A DNA stretch of 64,000 nucleotides from Emiliania huxleyi CCMP1516 (lineage: Eukaryota): assembly GCF_000372725.1 (NCBI RefSeq), contig NW_005201338.1:228041-292040 (forward strand). The letters are read 5' to 3'. Positions 19,815 to 31,972 of the stretch are shown piece after piece. A program made the translations under genes and the position numbers. A model generated the notes under the pieces. The model made no database searches. It was not told the DNA's origin and saw nothing but the letters and a program-made list of their open reading frames with translations. Each line of letters begins with the position of its first letter. The first letter of the stretch is position 1.

Positions 19815-21138
19815 TCACATCCGAGATACCTCCTCCTGGCTCTCCTTACCGGCGGCTTGGGGAGCCCTTCGCTGGGCCGCCAAGGTCAGCGCCACCCCTC
19901 TCTTGGATCTGTTGGCAAATCGCCTTGCTCGCCCTCCGGACCGAAAACGCAACCCCTTCCCGGGCGCCGCTTTCGCCGCCCCGCCCAAAGCCCCGCCCGT
20001 CGCAGCGCCCGCCGCAACGTCCGCCGCGACGCCCGCCGGCCCGCCCGCCACCCAGTGGAGGCGCAGCCGCCTCTCAAACTCCTTCTCTGCCGCCGCGTAG
20101 AGCGGCTCGTCGAGCTCGTCGCGGAAGCCGCGCAGCACCGACGCGTTGTACCCCCGTCCTGCCGATCCGTAGCAGACCCCGTCCTTGTCCTTGAGCCGGC
20201 AGCCGCCGCCGCCGCGGCGCGCGTCCGAGTTGCGGGAGTGGCCGAGCGACTGCATCTCGCCCTCGACGGGCGCCGTGCCTCGGCCGAGCGATGCGTGCAG
20301 CAAACAGACCGACTCGCGCCACCGCTCCACGAGTCCGACAAAGACGAACGCGTCGGAGCGGAGCAATCGAATGGCGCGCGCGAGCAAGGCCTGAGCGCCA
20401 CGCGAAGGGGGCAGGGCGCCGCAGTCGAGCCCGTTGAGCATCTTGACCTGGCAGCCCGCGACGCCGGGGAAGCGAGCCCACAAGTCGACGGTCGGCGCCG
20501 CGTGCTTCATCGCCGTGCGGGAGGCGTGCCGCGTGATGCCCCAAGCGTGGTAGTTGTCGAGGAAGGCCGAGATGAGCCGCTGCGACGGAGTGCGGAACAT
20601 CGCCGCCAGCCCTCCGCCACGCGCGGATTTGGCCGCGGCGTGCGAGAGCATGCCCGACGGAGAGAGGAGGAGCTCGGCGGGGGTGACCGGCACGTGGCCC
20701 GCAAAGGGCATCACCAGCCGGCCGGCGCAGCGGAAGCCGTCCCTCGCTCGGCGCGCCTCGATGGCATGGGCCATCCGCACGTCGATCTGCCCCTCTGCCA
20801 TCGCCATGTAGACGATGTGCCACGCGGGCAGCGCGGGCGTGCAAGCGTACTGGAGCAGCGAGATGCCGAGAGTCGAACCGCACTTTGGAATGTGAAGCCA
20901 GCGGACGGCCACACCGCCGGAGCCGTTGGCGGGCAGAGCCTCAGCAGCAGCAGCAGCGGCACACTCTGGCGAAGCGCAGCAGTGCCTCTGCGCAAGCGAG
21001 CGGCACCGGGCGCAAGAGTGCACGTCAACGCACTCCGGCTTGAAGTCGGAGCCGCAGAGGAGCACGGTGCTCTGCGTGCCCAAGATGTGGTGACGCGCGC
21101 CGGTGAAGGCAGGCGCTGACGTGCGGCCGATGAGCCTA
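19815..21138 (-). CDS. Sulfotransferase-family protein, copy 1 (5' end unclear)
   Basis: 5'-PSB-like WLHIPKCGSTL, 3'-PB-like MFRTPSQRLISAF, FVFVGLVE, and D..LY..A...F. Confidence 0.75.
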
Positions 21139-21209
21139 CAACGAGTCCGTACGAGCCTCAGCGTTTTTTTTTGGCGCCACTGGTCTCTGTCCGAGCCGTT
21201 GTTCTGCAA

Positions 21210-22491
21210 ACAAAAACACAACCACGGACCCAAGACGCACAAGCTCACCTTCCTTGTGCCCTTGTTTGTTCTCTTGGCACCTTGGAGTGCTGGGGGGGGC
21301 GACAGGGAGGATGTGGCCTTGAGTTATGTGTACGCCTACTCAGGGTGTGTGGCAGCCCGCTGGCTGTGTGTCTTGTGAGCCTGTTTGTGTCTGTGTGTCG
21401 CTCGTGCGTGTCGTCATCATCTGTCTAGCGTCCACCCATACCGCGTTGTGGTGTCCAGTCCGAGCCTGGCTGTTCTTCACCTTTCCACCTTCCTCCCTAC
21501 TTCCTTCCTACATACATACAGCCGTGAAGTGACAAGGGCATCGAGTGCGACCCGCCATAAAAACGGTATGGCGGTGGAGTGCTCTCTACTGCCGCGGCGC
21601 CCCTGCCGGTTCACGTCGACCGGCTGCTCTCGTGGCGCCGAGGCGTACCGCTTCGGTCATGTCTCGCTCGCTGCGAGGTGCCTTTTGGCATGTGAGCGCT
21701 GGCTAGAGACGCCAGGAAGCTCGCCTTCCTTGCCTGCGGCCGCGGGCGTGCGGGCGGGCCCGCCAGGCTCGGCGAAGCTCGGCGCGGGTCTTCGAGCTCG
21801 CCGCCGGCGACGAGCCAGCATGGCTCGTAGCTCGACGGGAGCATGCCCAGTACCCTCTCGGCGGCATTCTGTACAGCCTCGCCAAGCTCTCTGGGAAGGT
21901 CCGCAGGGCCAGGGCGGGCCGTATCGGGCGCGATGGCGCGCTCAGAGTACCATGCCTACCAGCTCTCCGATCGGGTCGCCGGCAGCGGGCTTGCGCGGCG
22001 CGCCGCTCGACGGCGGGCTGCTCACCACCCTTTCAACAGTGTCTTCTGCCTCGCTTCTCTCGCTGCAACCGCCTCCGGAGGCCGGCGCCGGCCGCCTCGC
22101 TTCGCCAGCGCTGCCTACGCCTACGACATGCGCGTCGGCTCGCCGCCTCGCCTGCGGCGGGCCCGCGTCGCGCGCCGCTCGTCGGGAGCGTGGTCAGCAG
22201 GCTGTGCAGCGCAGCCTGACTCACTCAGAGCGCCGCTGATACGGCGCGGGGCCGCGGTCGGCGCTGCTACCGCGCACGCTGCGCTTTGTGCGTCTCATCG
22301 TGTCCTAGCTGCGTCGTCGACGCCACTTGCCGCTCGCCGCTGGCGCTGCCCTGCCCCCCCTGCCACCGAGCAAACAAACACACACACATTATTAATCATC
22401 GGGTAATAATTATTAATTATTAATCATCGGGCCGCGGCGCGGCGCGGCGGCGGGCGGCGCGTGGCGGCGGCGCGGCGAGGCAGCGGGCGAC
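21210..22491 (+). repeat. About 1.3-kb direct repeat, copy A
   Basis: Near-identical to 26597-27908, from acaaaaacacaaccacggaccc to ggcagcgggcgac. Lacks about 27 bp near 21612. Confidence 0.95.
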
Positions 22492-22499
22492 CTGAGGGA

Positions 22500-22658
22500 G
22501 GGTGTAGAGGATGTAGAGTGTAGAGCGCTGTAGAGCTGTAGAGCTCGAGAGCGCTGTAGAGCTGTAGAGCTCTACATCCGCCGCGGGACGAAGCGCCTGC
22601 GTTGTAGAGCGATGTAGAGGCGCTCTACAACGTGAAATCTCTACAACACTCTACATCA
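22500..22658. mobile_element. MITE-like fold-back of GTAGAG/CTCTAC motifs
   Basis: About 8 tgtagag and 4 ctctaca. It begins just after repeat copy A ends. Confidence 0.55.
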
Positions 22659-23858
22659 TAAGCGGCGAACGAGGCACGGTCGCTCTCCGACATGAGGCGC
22701 GTTGCGCACTTGCCAGTGCTACCCTGGCCTTCTGTCTGCCCGCCCAATGGGTGGCAGGTGCCTCTGCTGCTGTGGCATGCCTCACGGCTGCGACTGGCCG
22801 GCGCCTCGGCGCGTCAGCTCGGCTCGGCGTAGCAATAGTGGCCAGCGCAACTCGCCTGGACTCAACGCTCAGCCAGGAGCGCCCGCACGCGCCGGCGCGA
22901 GGCATGGCGCATGCAATGCGCCTGAATGCTCGCCTCGCCTCGCGCAAATGCGACCGTCCTCGCAGCCGACAGTCCGCCGCCTGCTAAAGAAGCACTGCGA
23001 CGAATGCGGCACCGGCGACGCATGGCAGGCTGGTCATGACGCAGTTATAGGGTGTTGTGTGCCGTCAGAGTGACTCTTTGTGTGTGAGGGATAGTCAGGG
23101 CCGTCCATCAGAGCTCCAGTAAGCTTGGAGACACCCCATTAGTGCCACTAGACCATCAGGTCCTCCTCGTTGTCCGAGTTGTTCTCGTCCGAGTCCGAGT
23201 CGCAGCGCTCGACGCGCGGAAATTCTTTTTTCTTGAATACAAGAGGGTTGTATTCATGAATTCAAGATTTCTGGCCTTGAATACGTATTTTCCTGAATTT
23301 TTCTGCGCTCCGCGAGGTATTCAACACCTAGGATGGTTTTGTTGTTTGCCGGCAAACAACAAAACACACCGGCCCAGACCGCCGCCCGGCCCGCCCGTCC
23401 GCCCGCCGCCTACGGTGCCCACCCCGCGCCCCCGGAGCCCGAAAACGGGGCGCCGCGAGCTCGCAACGCCGAGTTTTCCTCGAAATCACACCACATACTG
23501 GTTGCCCCTTCCTACGAGGAAGCCTACGAGGAAGGCAGACGAGAGGGTGGGTGGGGGGTGGGGGGGGGGGGCTCTTTCTGCCTGTGCGATGTTGTGCTAC
23601 ACGTCAGAGCCTGTCGAGACTGGGGCTCCACTCGAGGTAATGTCCACACACATGGATTCCAAAGCATTGTAATTGCAAAGGGGGGGGAAGGTCCCTCGAC
23701 CCCCGCCTGCAACGCTCGCGCGACAGCACACCACTGCTCCGCAAGGGTCGCCTCAATTCGACGGCGCAATCCTTGCTCAACGGCATCTCTCTCCCAACTT
23801 CCTCGTGGCTCCTATGGATCGCTTCTAAGAGCTTTACCCGTTCGCAACTGTATCGGCG

Positions 23859-26180
23859 ATGAGGACCGGCTCGCCGGCACTCCGAGAGCATCTCACGAAG
23901 CTCAACACGAGCGTTCGTTTCCTGGGTGCCATCGCCGAGCGGGCAACCCAGGCGCTATCGACCCAAGCGCTGCACAAATTTGAACGAGGCGTCGGCTGGC
24001 TCATGGTGCTGCCGAGCGCTCTGTGCATCGGCGCCGTGGAGTTATCACGCAACATGACGATTGATGACGCGTCCCTCGCACCCGGGCACAAGCTCGGCCA
24101 AACAGTCAACTTCTTGGTCGTCGCAGTCGCCGTCGCTCCCGTGCTGGCCTCCTTCCTGGTGAGCAGCGTGCTGGTCCGGGTTCCTCTCAGCGTCCTCGGA
24201 AGAGACGAAGGGGTCGCGATGGCGGCCCTGCTTCATGAGGAACCGCCACTTATCACGGGGAAGTCCTCCTCGCTGGACAGCATCTTGGCCCTCGTCGGCG
24301 TAGGCAGCCGGCGTGGGAGTGCGAGCGTGGCCGTCATGAAGCGAGCTTGTATGGCCGAGCGCCTCAGCACGTCCTCGCACCCCGACGAAATGCTGCAGTG
24401 GGCCCTCTTGCTGGCATATGCGTGCCAGATCACACACGTGCTCTCCGGACAGTCAGAGCTTGAGAACGACGCAACGTTTGCGGTTATATTGCTGATTGGT
24501 TTCCCGGCACTCGTCTATGCGGCGCGCCAGCTGCGCAACCTGCGCATCCGCATCGCCACGCAGCATAACGCCGCCGACTTGCTTGAGCGCTTCCACGCAC
24601 GCATGCGCCATCTGGTGCTGCTCCAGCTGTGCTGCGTGTGCCTTGTCCTCGTCACCGCCGTCTCGTCGCCGTTGCTGCTCCCTCCGGTCGCCTACAGCAG
24701 CGACGCCAACCCATGCACCCTTGTCACGCGCTGGTTCCTGTGGACCAAATGCCGCCGCAGCCACGCCCTCACCGGCAGCCCGTACACGTGCTCGGCCGAC
24801 GGCTACGGGCCGTACAGCTCTGCCTACGCCGCATGCAGCGCAGCGCGCTCGCAGCTTCCATTCCTGGCCGTCACCTACTCCGCCATCATGCTTTCGCTCA
24901 ACGCGCTGCTGTACCTCTGGCTGCTCACGGCCACCGACGACGCCGCGCCGCCGCCCTCGCCACCGCCGGCCGAGTGGAGGGGCCTCGAGGCCTTCTGGCT
25001 CGGCGCATGGCTCTTCACGACCATCGCCATCGGCTGCTCGCCGCTGTACGTCGCGGCGCTGCTCGCCGACCGCGGCGGGTATGAGCACATGCCATCGCCG
25101 ACCACCTTCGAGGCGCTCGCGCGGCTGCGCGTCCAGACGGTCAACATTCTCTGCTGGTGCACCGCAATGCTGCTCTTCAACACGCCGCGCGTGCGCCACG
25201 CGTACCAAGTCGTCAAGCTGTCGCGATGCCTCGGCTGTTCGCGCGAGGTGGCCGGCACGCTCGCGGCGATCGTGAGCGGCGAGCCGGCGACGACGTACAG
25301 CAAGTACGCGGAGCCCACGACGCTCGCGTTTGCGCCACTTGGCGTCGCGGCGCGCGGCGTCGAGGCCTTCCTCGCTGGCGACGGCCTCATGGAGGACTCC
25401 ATCAGGAGCCAGATGGCGCGAGGCGGCGTCGAGGCCATCCGACGCGAGTTCGAGGCGTCCGGCAGCGAGGCGGACGTCGAGTGCATGCGATACGTTCTCG
25501 ACGAGGAGGCGGGCTCGTCGCCCACGATCTTCCCGAACGCGCCCTTCCCTCGCGACTGCGACTGGACCATGCGCGCGCGCGCCGACCGCACCGATCCGCT
25601 CTCGGGGCGCGGGCTGCGCCTCTGCCACTTTGTGGAGCACCCAAGCGCGCGGCTCGCCGGGCTGAGCTCCGCTCACGTGGCGGCGCTGCGCATCTACACG
25701 ACCGCCGCCTTTCGTTCCATCAACGAGCCGCTGCGCGACCACTCGCGCGTGGCTGCCAAGAAGCCGCACCCGCTACCTGTGACGGTCGCGCTCATCGCGG
25801 ACGCCGTGCGCAGGCTGCGGGCGGCGGCGCCCGACGCCGACGTGCCACTCGATCTGTATCGCGGCCTGAAGAACGTGCAGGTGGGCGACGCCTCGAGTAG
25901 CTTCGTCGGGCGCGGCGGCACCGAGCGCGCGCCGATGTCCACCACGAGCGACGTTCGCGTGGCCGTCCGGTATGCGGCGAGCGAGCATTCGGTGCTGCTG
26001 CGCCTGCGCACCAAGAACGCCATGGAGCGGGGCGCCGATCTCGCCTGGCTGTCGGCCTTCCCCGGCGAGCACGAGTTCCTCTTCCCGCCGCTCACGTTTT
26101 TGCAGCACGTGGCCATGGACACCGTCGACATTGGCGGCCGCCCATTCCGGGTGCTCGAAATGGAGCCGCGCCTCGGCTGA
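23859..26180 (+). CDS. Multi-TM protein with a C-terminal R-S-E type mono-ADP-ribosyltransferase domain, intronless
   Basis: ALRIYT....F..IN.PLR, LYRG, GGTE.APMSTT, RGADL.WLSAFPGEHEFLFPPLTFL. About 7-8 hydrophobic helices and a Cys-rich loop lie upstream. Confidence 0.88.
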   Translation: MRTGSPALREHLTKLNTSVRFLGAIAERATQALSTQALHKFERGVGWLMVLPSALCIGAVELSRNMTIDDASLAPGHKLGQTVNFLVVAVAVAPVLASFLVSSVLVRVPLSVLGRDEGVAMAALLHEEPPLITGKSSSLDSILALVGVGSRRGSASVAVMKRACMAERLSTSSHPDEMLQWALLLAYACQITHVLSGQSELENDATFAVILLIGFPALVYAARQLRNLRIRIATQHNAADLLERFHARMRHLVLLQLCCVCLVLVTAVSSPLLLPPVAYSSDANPCTLVTRWFLWTKCRRSHALTGSPYTCSADGYGPYSSAYAACSAARSQLPFLAVTYSAIMLSLNALLYLWLLTATDDAAPPPSPPPAEWRGLEAFWLGAWLFTTIAIGCSPLYVAALLADRGGYEHMPSPTTFEALARLRVQTVNILCWCTAMLLFNTPRVRHAYQVVKLSRCLGCSREVAGTLAAIVSGEPATTYSKYAEPTTLAFAPLGVAARGVEAFLAGDGLMEDSIRSQMARGGVEAIRREFEASGSEADVECMRYVLDEEAGSSPTIFPNAPFPRDCDWTMRARADRTDPLSGRGLRLCHFVEHPSARLAGLSSAHVAALRIYTTAAFRSINEPLRDHSRVAAKKPHPLPVTVALIADAVRRLRAAAPDADVPLDLYRGLKNVQVGDASSSFVGRGGTERAPMSTTSDVRVAVRYAASEHSVLLRLRTKNAMERGADLAWLSAFPGEHEFLFPPLTFLQHVAMDTVDIGGRPFRVLEMEPRLG

Positions 26181-26596
26181 GTCGGGGGGGTTCCCGTAAA
26201 GATCGTGCTATGCTAGGGCACGCGAAAGAACGTGGCGCGGCCGGCCTGAACCCGAGTATGCGTACACGGGACTGGCGCGCACTGGCACTACGAATAAGAA
26301 AGCCTATCTCCCGGGGTATCTGGAAAGGTGGACCGGACCTGCCGCGTGCCGGCCTGCCGCGGCGGGCGTTCATTCACGCTCGCTCGCTCAATCAACTGGA
26401 CCGCAACGAAAGTCGGCGGGCAGGTCGCGTAAATAAAATCCCTAGGTGTGGAGTGTGCGGTGGCGGGTACCGTGTTTCTGCAAATTTAAAGGTAGGCACA
26501 CAAAAGGATCAAAACGGATTCTCCCACCGCCTTTTTCTTCTGACTGCGTCGCGCCCCACCGCAACCAGGCCAAGCAGCAGGCGGAGCGGGAGCTCG

Positions 26597-27908
26597 ACAA
26601 AAACACAACCACGGACCCAAGACGCACAAGCTCACCTTCCTTGTGCCCTTGTTTGTTCTCTTGGCACCTTGGAGTGCTGGGGGGGGCGACAGGGAGGATG
26701 TGGCCTTGAGTTATGTGTACGCCTACTCAGGGTGTGTGGCAGCCCGCTGGCTGTGTGTCTTGTGAGCCTGTTTGTGTCTGTGTGTCGCTCGTGCGTGTCG
26801 TCATCATCTGTCTAGCGTCCACCCATACCGCGTTGGTGTCCAGTCCGAGCCTGGCTGTTCTTCACCTTTCCACCTTCCTCCCTACTTCCTTCCTACATAC
26901 ATACAGCCGTGAAGTGACAAGGGCATCGAGTGCGACCCGCCATAAAAACGGTATGGCGGTGGAGTGCTCTCTACTGCCGCGGCGCCCCTGCCGGTTCGAA
27001 GGCGCCCGGCGGCCGCTTGGTGCCCACGTCGACCGGCTGCTCTCGTGGCGCCGAGGCGTACCGCTTCGGTCATGTCTCGCGCGCTGCGAGGTGCCTTTTG
27101 GCATGTGAGCGCTGGCTAGAGACGCCAGGAAGCTCGCCTTCCTTGCCTGCGGCCGCGGGCGTGCGGGCGGGCCGCCAGGCTCGGCGAAGCTCGGCGCGGG
27201 TCTTCGAGCTCGCCGCCGGCGACGAGCCAGCATGGCTCGTAGCTCGACGGGAGCATGCCCAGTACCCTCTCGGCGGCATTCTGTACAGCCTCGCCAAGCT
27301 CTCTGGGAAGGTCCGCAGGGCCAGGGCGGGCCGTATCGGGCGCGATGGCGCGCTCAGAGTACCATGCCTACCAGCTCTCCGATCGGGTCGCCGGCAGCGG
27401 GCTTGCGCGGCGCGCCGCTCGACGGCGGGCTGCTCACCACCCTTTCAACAGTGTCTTCTGCCTCGCTTCTCTCGCTGCAACCGCCTCCGGAGGCCGGCGC
27501 CGGCCGCCTCGCTTCGCCAGCGCTGCCTACGCCTACGACATGCGCGTCGGCTCGCCGCCTCGCCTGGTGCGGCGGGCCCGCGTCGCGCGCCGCTCGTCGG
27601 GAGCGTGGTCAGCAGGCTGTGCAGCGCAGCCTGACTCACTCAGAGCGCCGCTGATACGGCGCGGGGCCGCGGTCGGCGCTGCTACCGCGCACGCTGCGCT
27701 TTGTGCGTCTCATCGTGTCCTAGCTGCGTCGTCGACGCCACTTGCCGCTCGCCGCTGGCGCTGCCCTGCCCCCCCTGCCACCGAGCAAACACACACACAC
27801 ACACATTATTAATCATCGGGTAATAATTATTAATTATTAATCATCGGGCCGCGGCGCGGCGCGGCGGCGGGCGGCGCGTGGCGGCGGCGCGGCGAGGCAG
27901 CGGGCGAC
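26597..27908 (+). repeat. About 1.3-kb direct repeat, copy B
   Basis: See copy A. Confidence 0.95.
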
Positions 27909-29789
27909 GCAGGGCGGGCGGAGCGCCCGGGCGGCGCGGCGTGCGTTCGCAGGGAAAGGGCCGTAAAATAAACACGGGTCTCCGAGGGTTGGCCCCGCAT
28001 ACCGGGTTTCCCCTTAACTGCAGGACCCTCTACTCGGAGCTAATGGACACCACACTGCACGCCCCACACCACCACTCCGCACTCACTCGCATAAGTAGGG
28101 ATTTTTCTTGCCGAAGCCGGCCAGCGCGTCGCAGACGCGGTACCATTGACAAATCTGCAATATACCCCCACACGAACAAATAGCAAAATCCGAATACCGT
28201 GCACGAACTGCGTGATGTGGGCCGGCACATAAAGAAGTACATTTTAGCATAAAGGTGTGCATTTCAATCACCTACCGGATTGCACCTCTGCGTGTACATC
28301 TCTCCAAGAGTACAAATACACCGATCCCCGAAAGTCCTATGCGCACCATACGCACTCGACGCTGCCTTTCAACGTGATGCTGCAGCGGATTTTGATTGAA
28401 ACCGCACTATACGCGATCGACACATTGCCACCGTTGCTCACTGATTGGCTTGTGGTTCACAATGGAGCAGCATGCGACATGTGGACGGGGGCAAGCCTTC
28501 AGCTGGTGCCAAGACATCCGTAAAATTGAAGCCAGGAACGGCCGCCAAATCCGTGCGTGCTTTCGGAGCAACTGAGGGAAAGCCGCTGATCGAGCCCAGC
28601 GTGCCCGCGGCCTCCCGCGCAGCACCGCCGCTGAGGACGACACGCTGCGGAATTCGGATCGAGCCCATGGAGGAGGAGGGTGCAGTCGGCGAATCGGAGG
28701 AGGAGGAGGAGGGCGCAGTCGTCGACGTTGGCGTGTCTGACTCAGAGGAGGAGTTGGAGGTGCTCCAGCAACCTAACCTGATCCAGAAGCTCGCCGACGT
28801 TGTCAGGTTACGTGCGTCATGCGTGATCGAGCTTGAGGGAGGAGCTCAGCTAACGATTCGCGGCCGGCCACCCAGCGCCGCCGCCCACCGCCACCCACAA
28901 AGCGCCTGCTCTACTATCACCTGGCTGGCTGACGCTCGCCCCCCCCGCTCCACTTTCCCCTGACCATGCCCGTGATAGCACCATCACTGTCGCCGTCCTG
29001 GTTTTGAACGTGGCAGCTAGGCTCTAGGGACTCGGTAGTCGTGACCGCCCCCTGAGTGTGAGGAGCAGGAGAGAGAGAGCTTTGTGGTGTTGGTGTACGC
29101 AATAACGGGACAGGGTGGTTGTTCTCTCCATCTCCCCTTAGCATGAGCTGCGCCCTGTGTCCGACCCCTTTTGCGCAGCAACACCTTAAACTTTCAGGCC
29201 CTCCAAATTCGGGTCGGAGCGTAGCGGAGTGGCAGTGGGCCCCGAGTTTGAAAAGGGCGACGGACGCTTGCGTCCTAGCCTCCAACAACGCCTCCCCGGC
29301 GCAGAGGGGCCCCCGGAGGGATGCACAACCGCTCCACGCCACGCCGCTTGCGGCGGTCCTATTCCCAGCTTCCTGTAGAGGTCCCACACGTTATCTTGCC
29401 GAAGCCTGCGTGTGTCTGGCGCCTCTTCGTGTGTCTGGCGCACCACGCAGCTCGACTCGGACGAAGCTACTTCGCACAAAGAGACAGGATTTTGCAAAAG
29501 CGAGGGGGAGGGGGCGCATTGCACTTAACGACAGTTCTTTTTTCTTACGCGGCTCCCGTAGTTTATCTGTGTTAGTGCCAGTGCGCGCTAGTCCCGTGCC
29601 CAAGAAAGATAACAGACAACCCAAGGGAGGGATGGGAATAAATAAATAAATAAAACGGACACACCAAACAAGGGGTGGGAGAAGGACAGGGTCCCCACCT
29701 GCGCGAGCAGGATCTTGTAAGGACGATCAGGGAGGGATGGGAGCATCCCCGTGTTGTGAGGGAAATTCTTTTTTCGTGACCTGCTTGGC

Positions 29790-29866
29790 GCGGAGCCCTT
29801 TGCGTCGGGCCAGCTCGTGCCGCAGGAGCAGGAACCCGGTGTCGGGTGTCGATATAGGGGCAGCAC
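29790..29866 (-). pseudogene. Duplicated 3' fragment of the GH19 gene (Cys-rich tail)
   Basis: gcgtcgggccagctcgtgccgcaggagcag is identical to 30141-30170 and encodes CSCGTSWPDA. Confidence 0.75.
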
Positions 29867-30109
29867 TTACTACCCCATCAACCCGTGGTTAGAATGCATT
29901 GATTTCTCGGTTCAACGCTCACTTGACAAGCAGACTGGACTAATGGACAGACACTAGAGGTGAACTAATGCACAGACACTAGGTGAACACACAAAAGTAC
30001 AATGCAATGGACAGCGAGGGTTCAGGATCGTCACATGGCGGAGCCAAAGGAGGCGTCGAGTTTGAACTCGAAGACTTCATGAGGGGACATTGCTGGCAAG
30101 GACCGCAGC

Positions 30110-31168
30110 TCAGGCATTGCAAAAGATCCCGGAGTCGCGTGCGTCGGGCCAGCTCGTGCCGCAGGAGCAGAACCCCGTTCCTGTCGGGGTGTCAGTATAA
30201 GGGCAGCAGCCGGTCGGGGGGGAGCCATTGCAGCCGGTCGAGCCGTCGCTGCACTTGATGTTGGTGCAGGTGTCCTTTTTCGGCTTGACGGGCTCCGGTG
30301 GAGGTGCTGGGCCAGTGATACCCATGGCCTTGAGATACTTAAGATACTGTTCCTCGCGCTCTTTGTTCGTGGACGGATCAGCTGGCCTCACGACCTGAAG
30401 CGCGCACGCAAATGTGTATGCCATGCAGTCCTGGTCCGGCTTGTCCGGGTTGGAATTGCCATAGATCCACGGCGATTCGTTCAGCTTCCAGTACGCCATC
30501 GATGCGCTGAATGCTGTAGTGGCGCTGTTGCAGATTGCATCCGGGTCGTCACAGATGTCGACGCCGGAGCCGGTCTCGATGGCCGCCGCAACATTGTTGT
30601 AGTTCCCCGGCCAAGAAAGCTGCAAGGCGCCACGGCCATACCAGCAATCTTCGCCGTTGAGGGCGTTGCCCCAGAAGTCGGTGCAGCCCTTAGCGGCTGT
30701 CTGGCCATTGCACGTGGTGACGGTCCATTTGCCGCTTGCCTTGGCCTTCGCACTCGTGTAGTCGCCGACCTTGCCCTTACTGCATTTGTTGGGCCCTGCT
30801 GGGCACGTACCGTCAGCGAGCTTCAGCCGCTCCTTGCACGCGGTAAAGTGCGCGCTCTCGTACTTGACGTTTGCGACGAACGCAGCAAGCGTGCGCGCAT
30901 TGGTCTCGACATCTTGGTTGTTAAGGAACTTTTCGTCAGCGCCTGACCGCGTGTTCCAGTTCGCAATCGCCTCGGAAAGGTGCGAGTATGTGTAGAACCC
31001 CTTGCAGCTATCGCCCGCAGGGCACGAGCCTTGACCATCAACGGGCTGCATGCCAAGGATCGAGGAGAGGTCACCGTACTTTGCCGCGATTGCGTCGAGC
31101 GCTGGGTCGCCGGTGGAGTCCACGACGGGCAGCGACAGGATCGGAACAACGGCGGCGATCATAATCAT
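30110..31168 (-). CDS. Secreted glycoside hydrolase family 19 (chitinase/lysozyme-like) with a Cys-rich C-terminal module
   Basis: Signal-like N-terminus, FYTY, LAAFVANVKYES, CKE, WYGRGALQLSWPGNY, AFSASMAYW. Confidence 0.88.
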   Translation of the reverse strand: MIMIAAVVPILSLPVVDSTGDPALDAIAAKYGDLSSILGMQPVDGQGSCPAGDSCKGFYTYSHLSEAIANWNTRSGADEKFLNNQDVETNARTLAAFVANVKYESAHFTACKERLKLADGTCPAGPNKCSKGKVGDYTSAKAKASGKWTVTTCNGQTAAKGCTDFWGNALNGEDCWYGRGALQLSWPGNYNNVAAAIETGSGVDICDDPDAICNSATTAFSASMAYWKLNESPWIYGNSNPDKPDQDCMAYTFACALQVVRPADPSTNKEREEQYLKYLKAMGITGPAPPPEPVKPKKDTCTNIKCSDGSTGCNGSPPTGCCPYTDTPTGTGFCSCGTSWPDARDSGIFCNA

Positions 31169-31972
31169 TTCTGCGGCGTAAGCGGGATGGCGTGAGTCTC
31201 AGGGCGTGAATTTGTGCACTGTTGTTGGCCATGGGATGATCTGATGGCAGCTGCGGTGGCAGCAAGGTCAAACGTTGCTTGCTTCTCTGCGGTGTCCGCG
31301 GACTGGCTGTGTGGGCGCGGTGTGTGAGCAGGGATTCTCTGGGAGGCGCCTGTTGTCGTGCAACTTGTGTGGTTGAGGAACAAACCAAGGGCCTTAGCAA
31401 GCACCAAGGATATCGAGGTCTCGACTATCGTCTTCCTGGCTAAAAAAGGACGGGCGCGTGCGGAGTCCCCGTCGCACGCTCCGATGACGGGGGCTGGGCC
31501 AGTTCATCGAATCGTCCGCGCGGCAGTGCCTGCGCACTGCTACTCGAGTACCGACTGCAAGTCACGCACGCGCTGGTCGGCCGTCACCCCTTAATTAAGA
31601 GTTAAGTCGGCCGCCACAGTGCGCCGCGTCGTCTGACCGGCGGACTGGGGACATGTTCGGTTTCAAAGGTTGCCAGGAACAAAACGGACACCGTGCTACA
31701 CCTACAGTTGTACGCGTACAAACAAACAAAGAAAGCGGTGCACCGACCGCACTGCCTTTTCTCCGCACCGTCTGCGTCTCAACTCTAGTCGTGTTTGATA
31801 GAGAGTACCGAATATCTTTTGCTGGCCGAGCGAACTGAGCTGGTCGACGCCTGGCTCGCTGCTGGAACGAAAAGCGATGATCAAAATTCCAGATTTTTCT
31901 TCATTCTTGCCGAAGCCGGGCCAGAAGCCTCCCGCGTCTGGGCGCCTCTTCGCCTGTTGGCTCGAACTGAAC

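Noticed and set aside
21210..27908. LTR retrotransposon
   Set aside because: No TG..CA ends, PBS/PPT, TSD or gag-pol/RT/integrase motifs.
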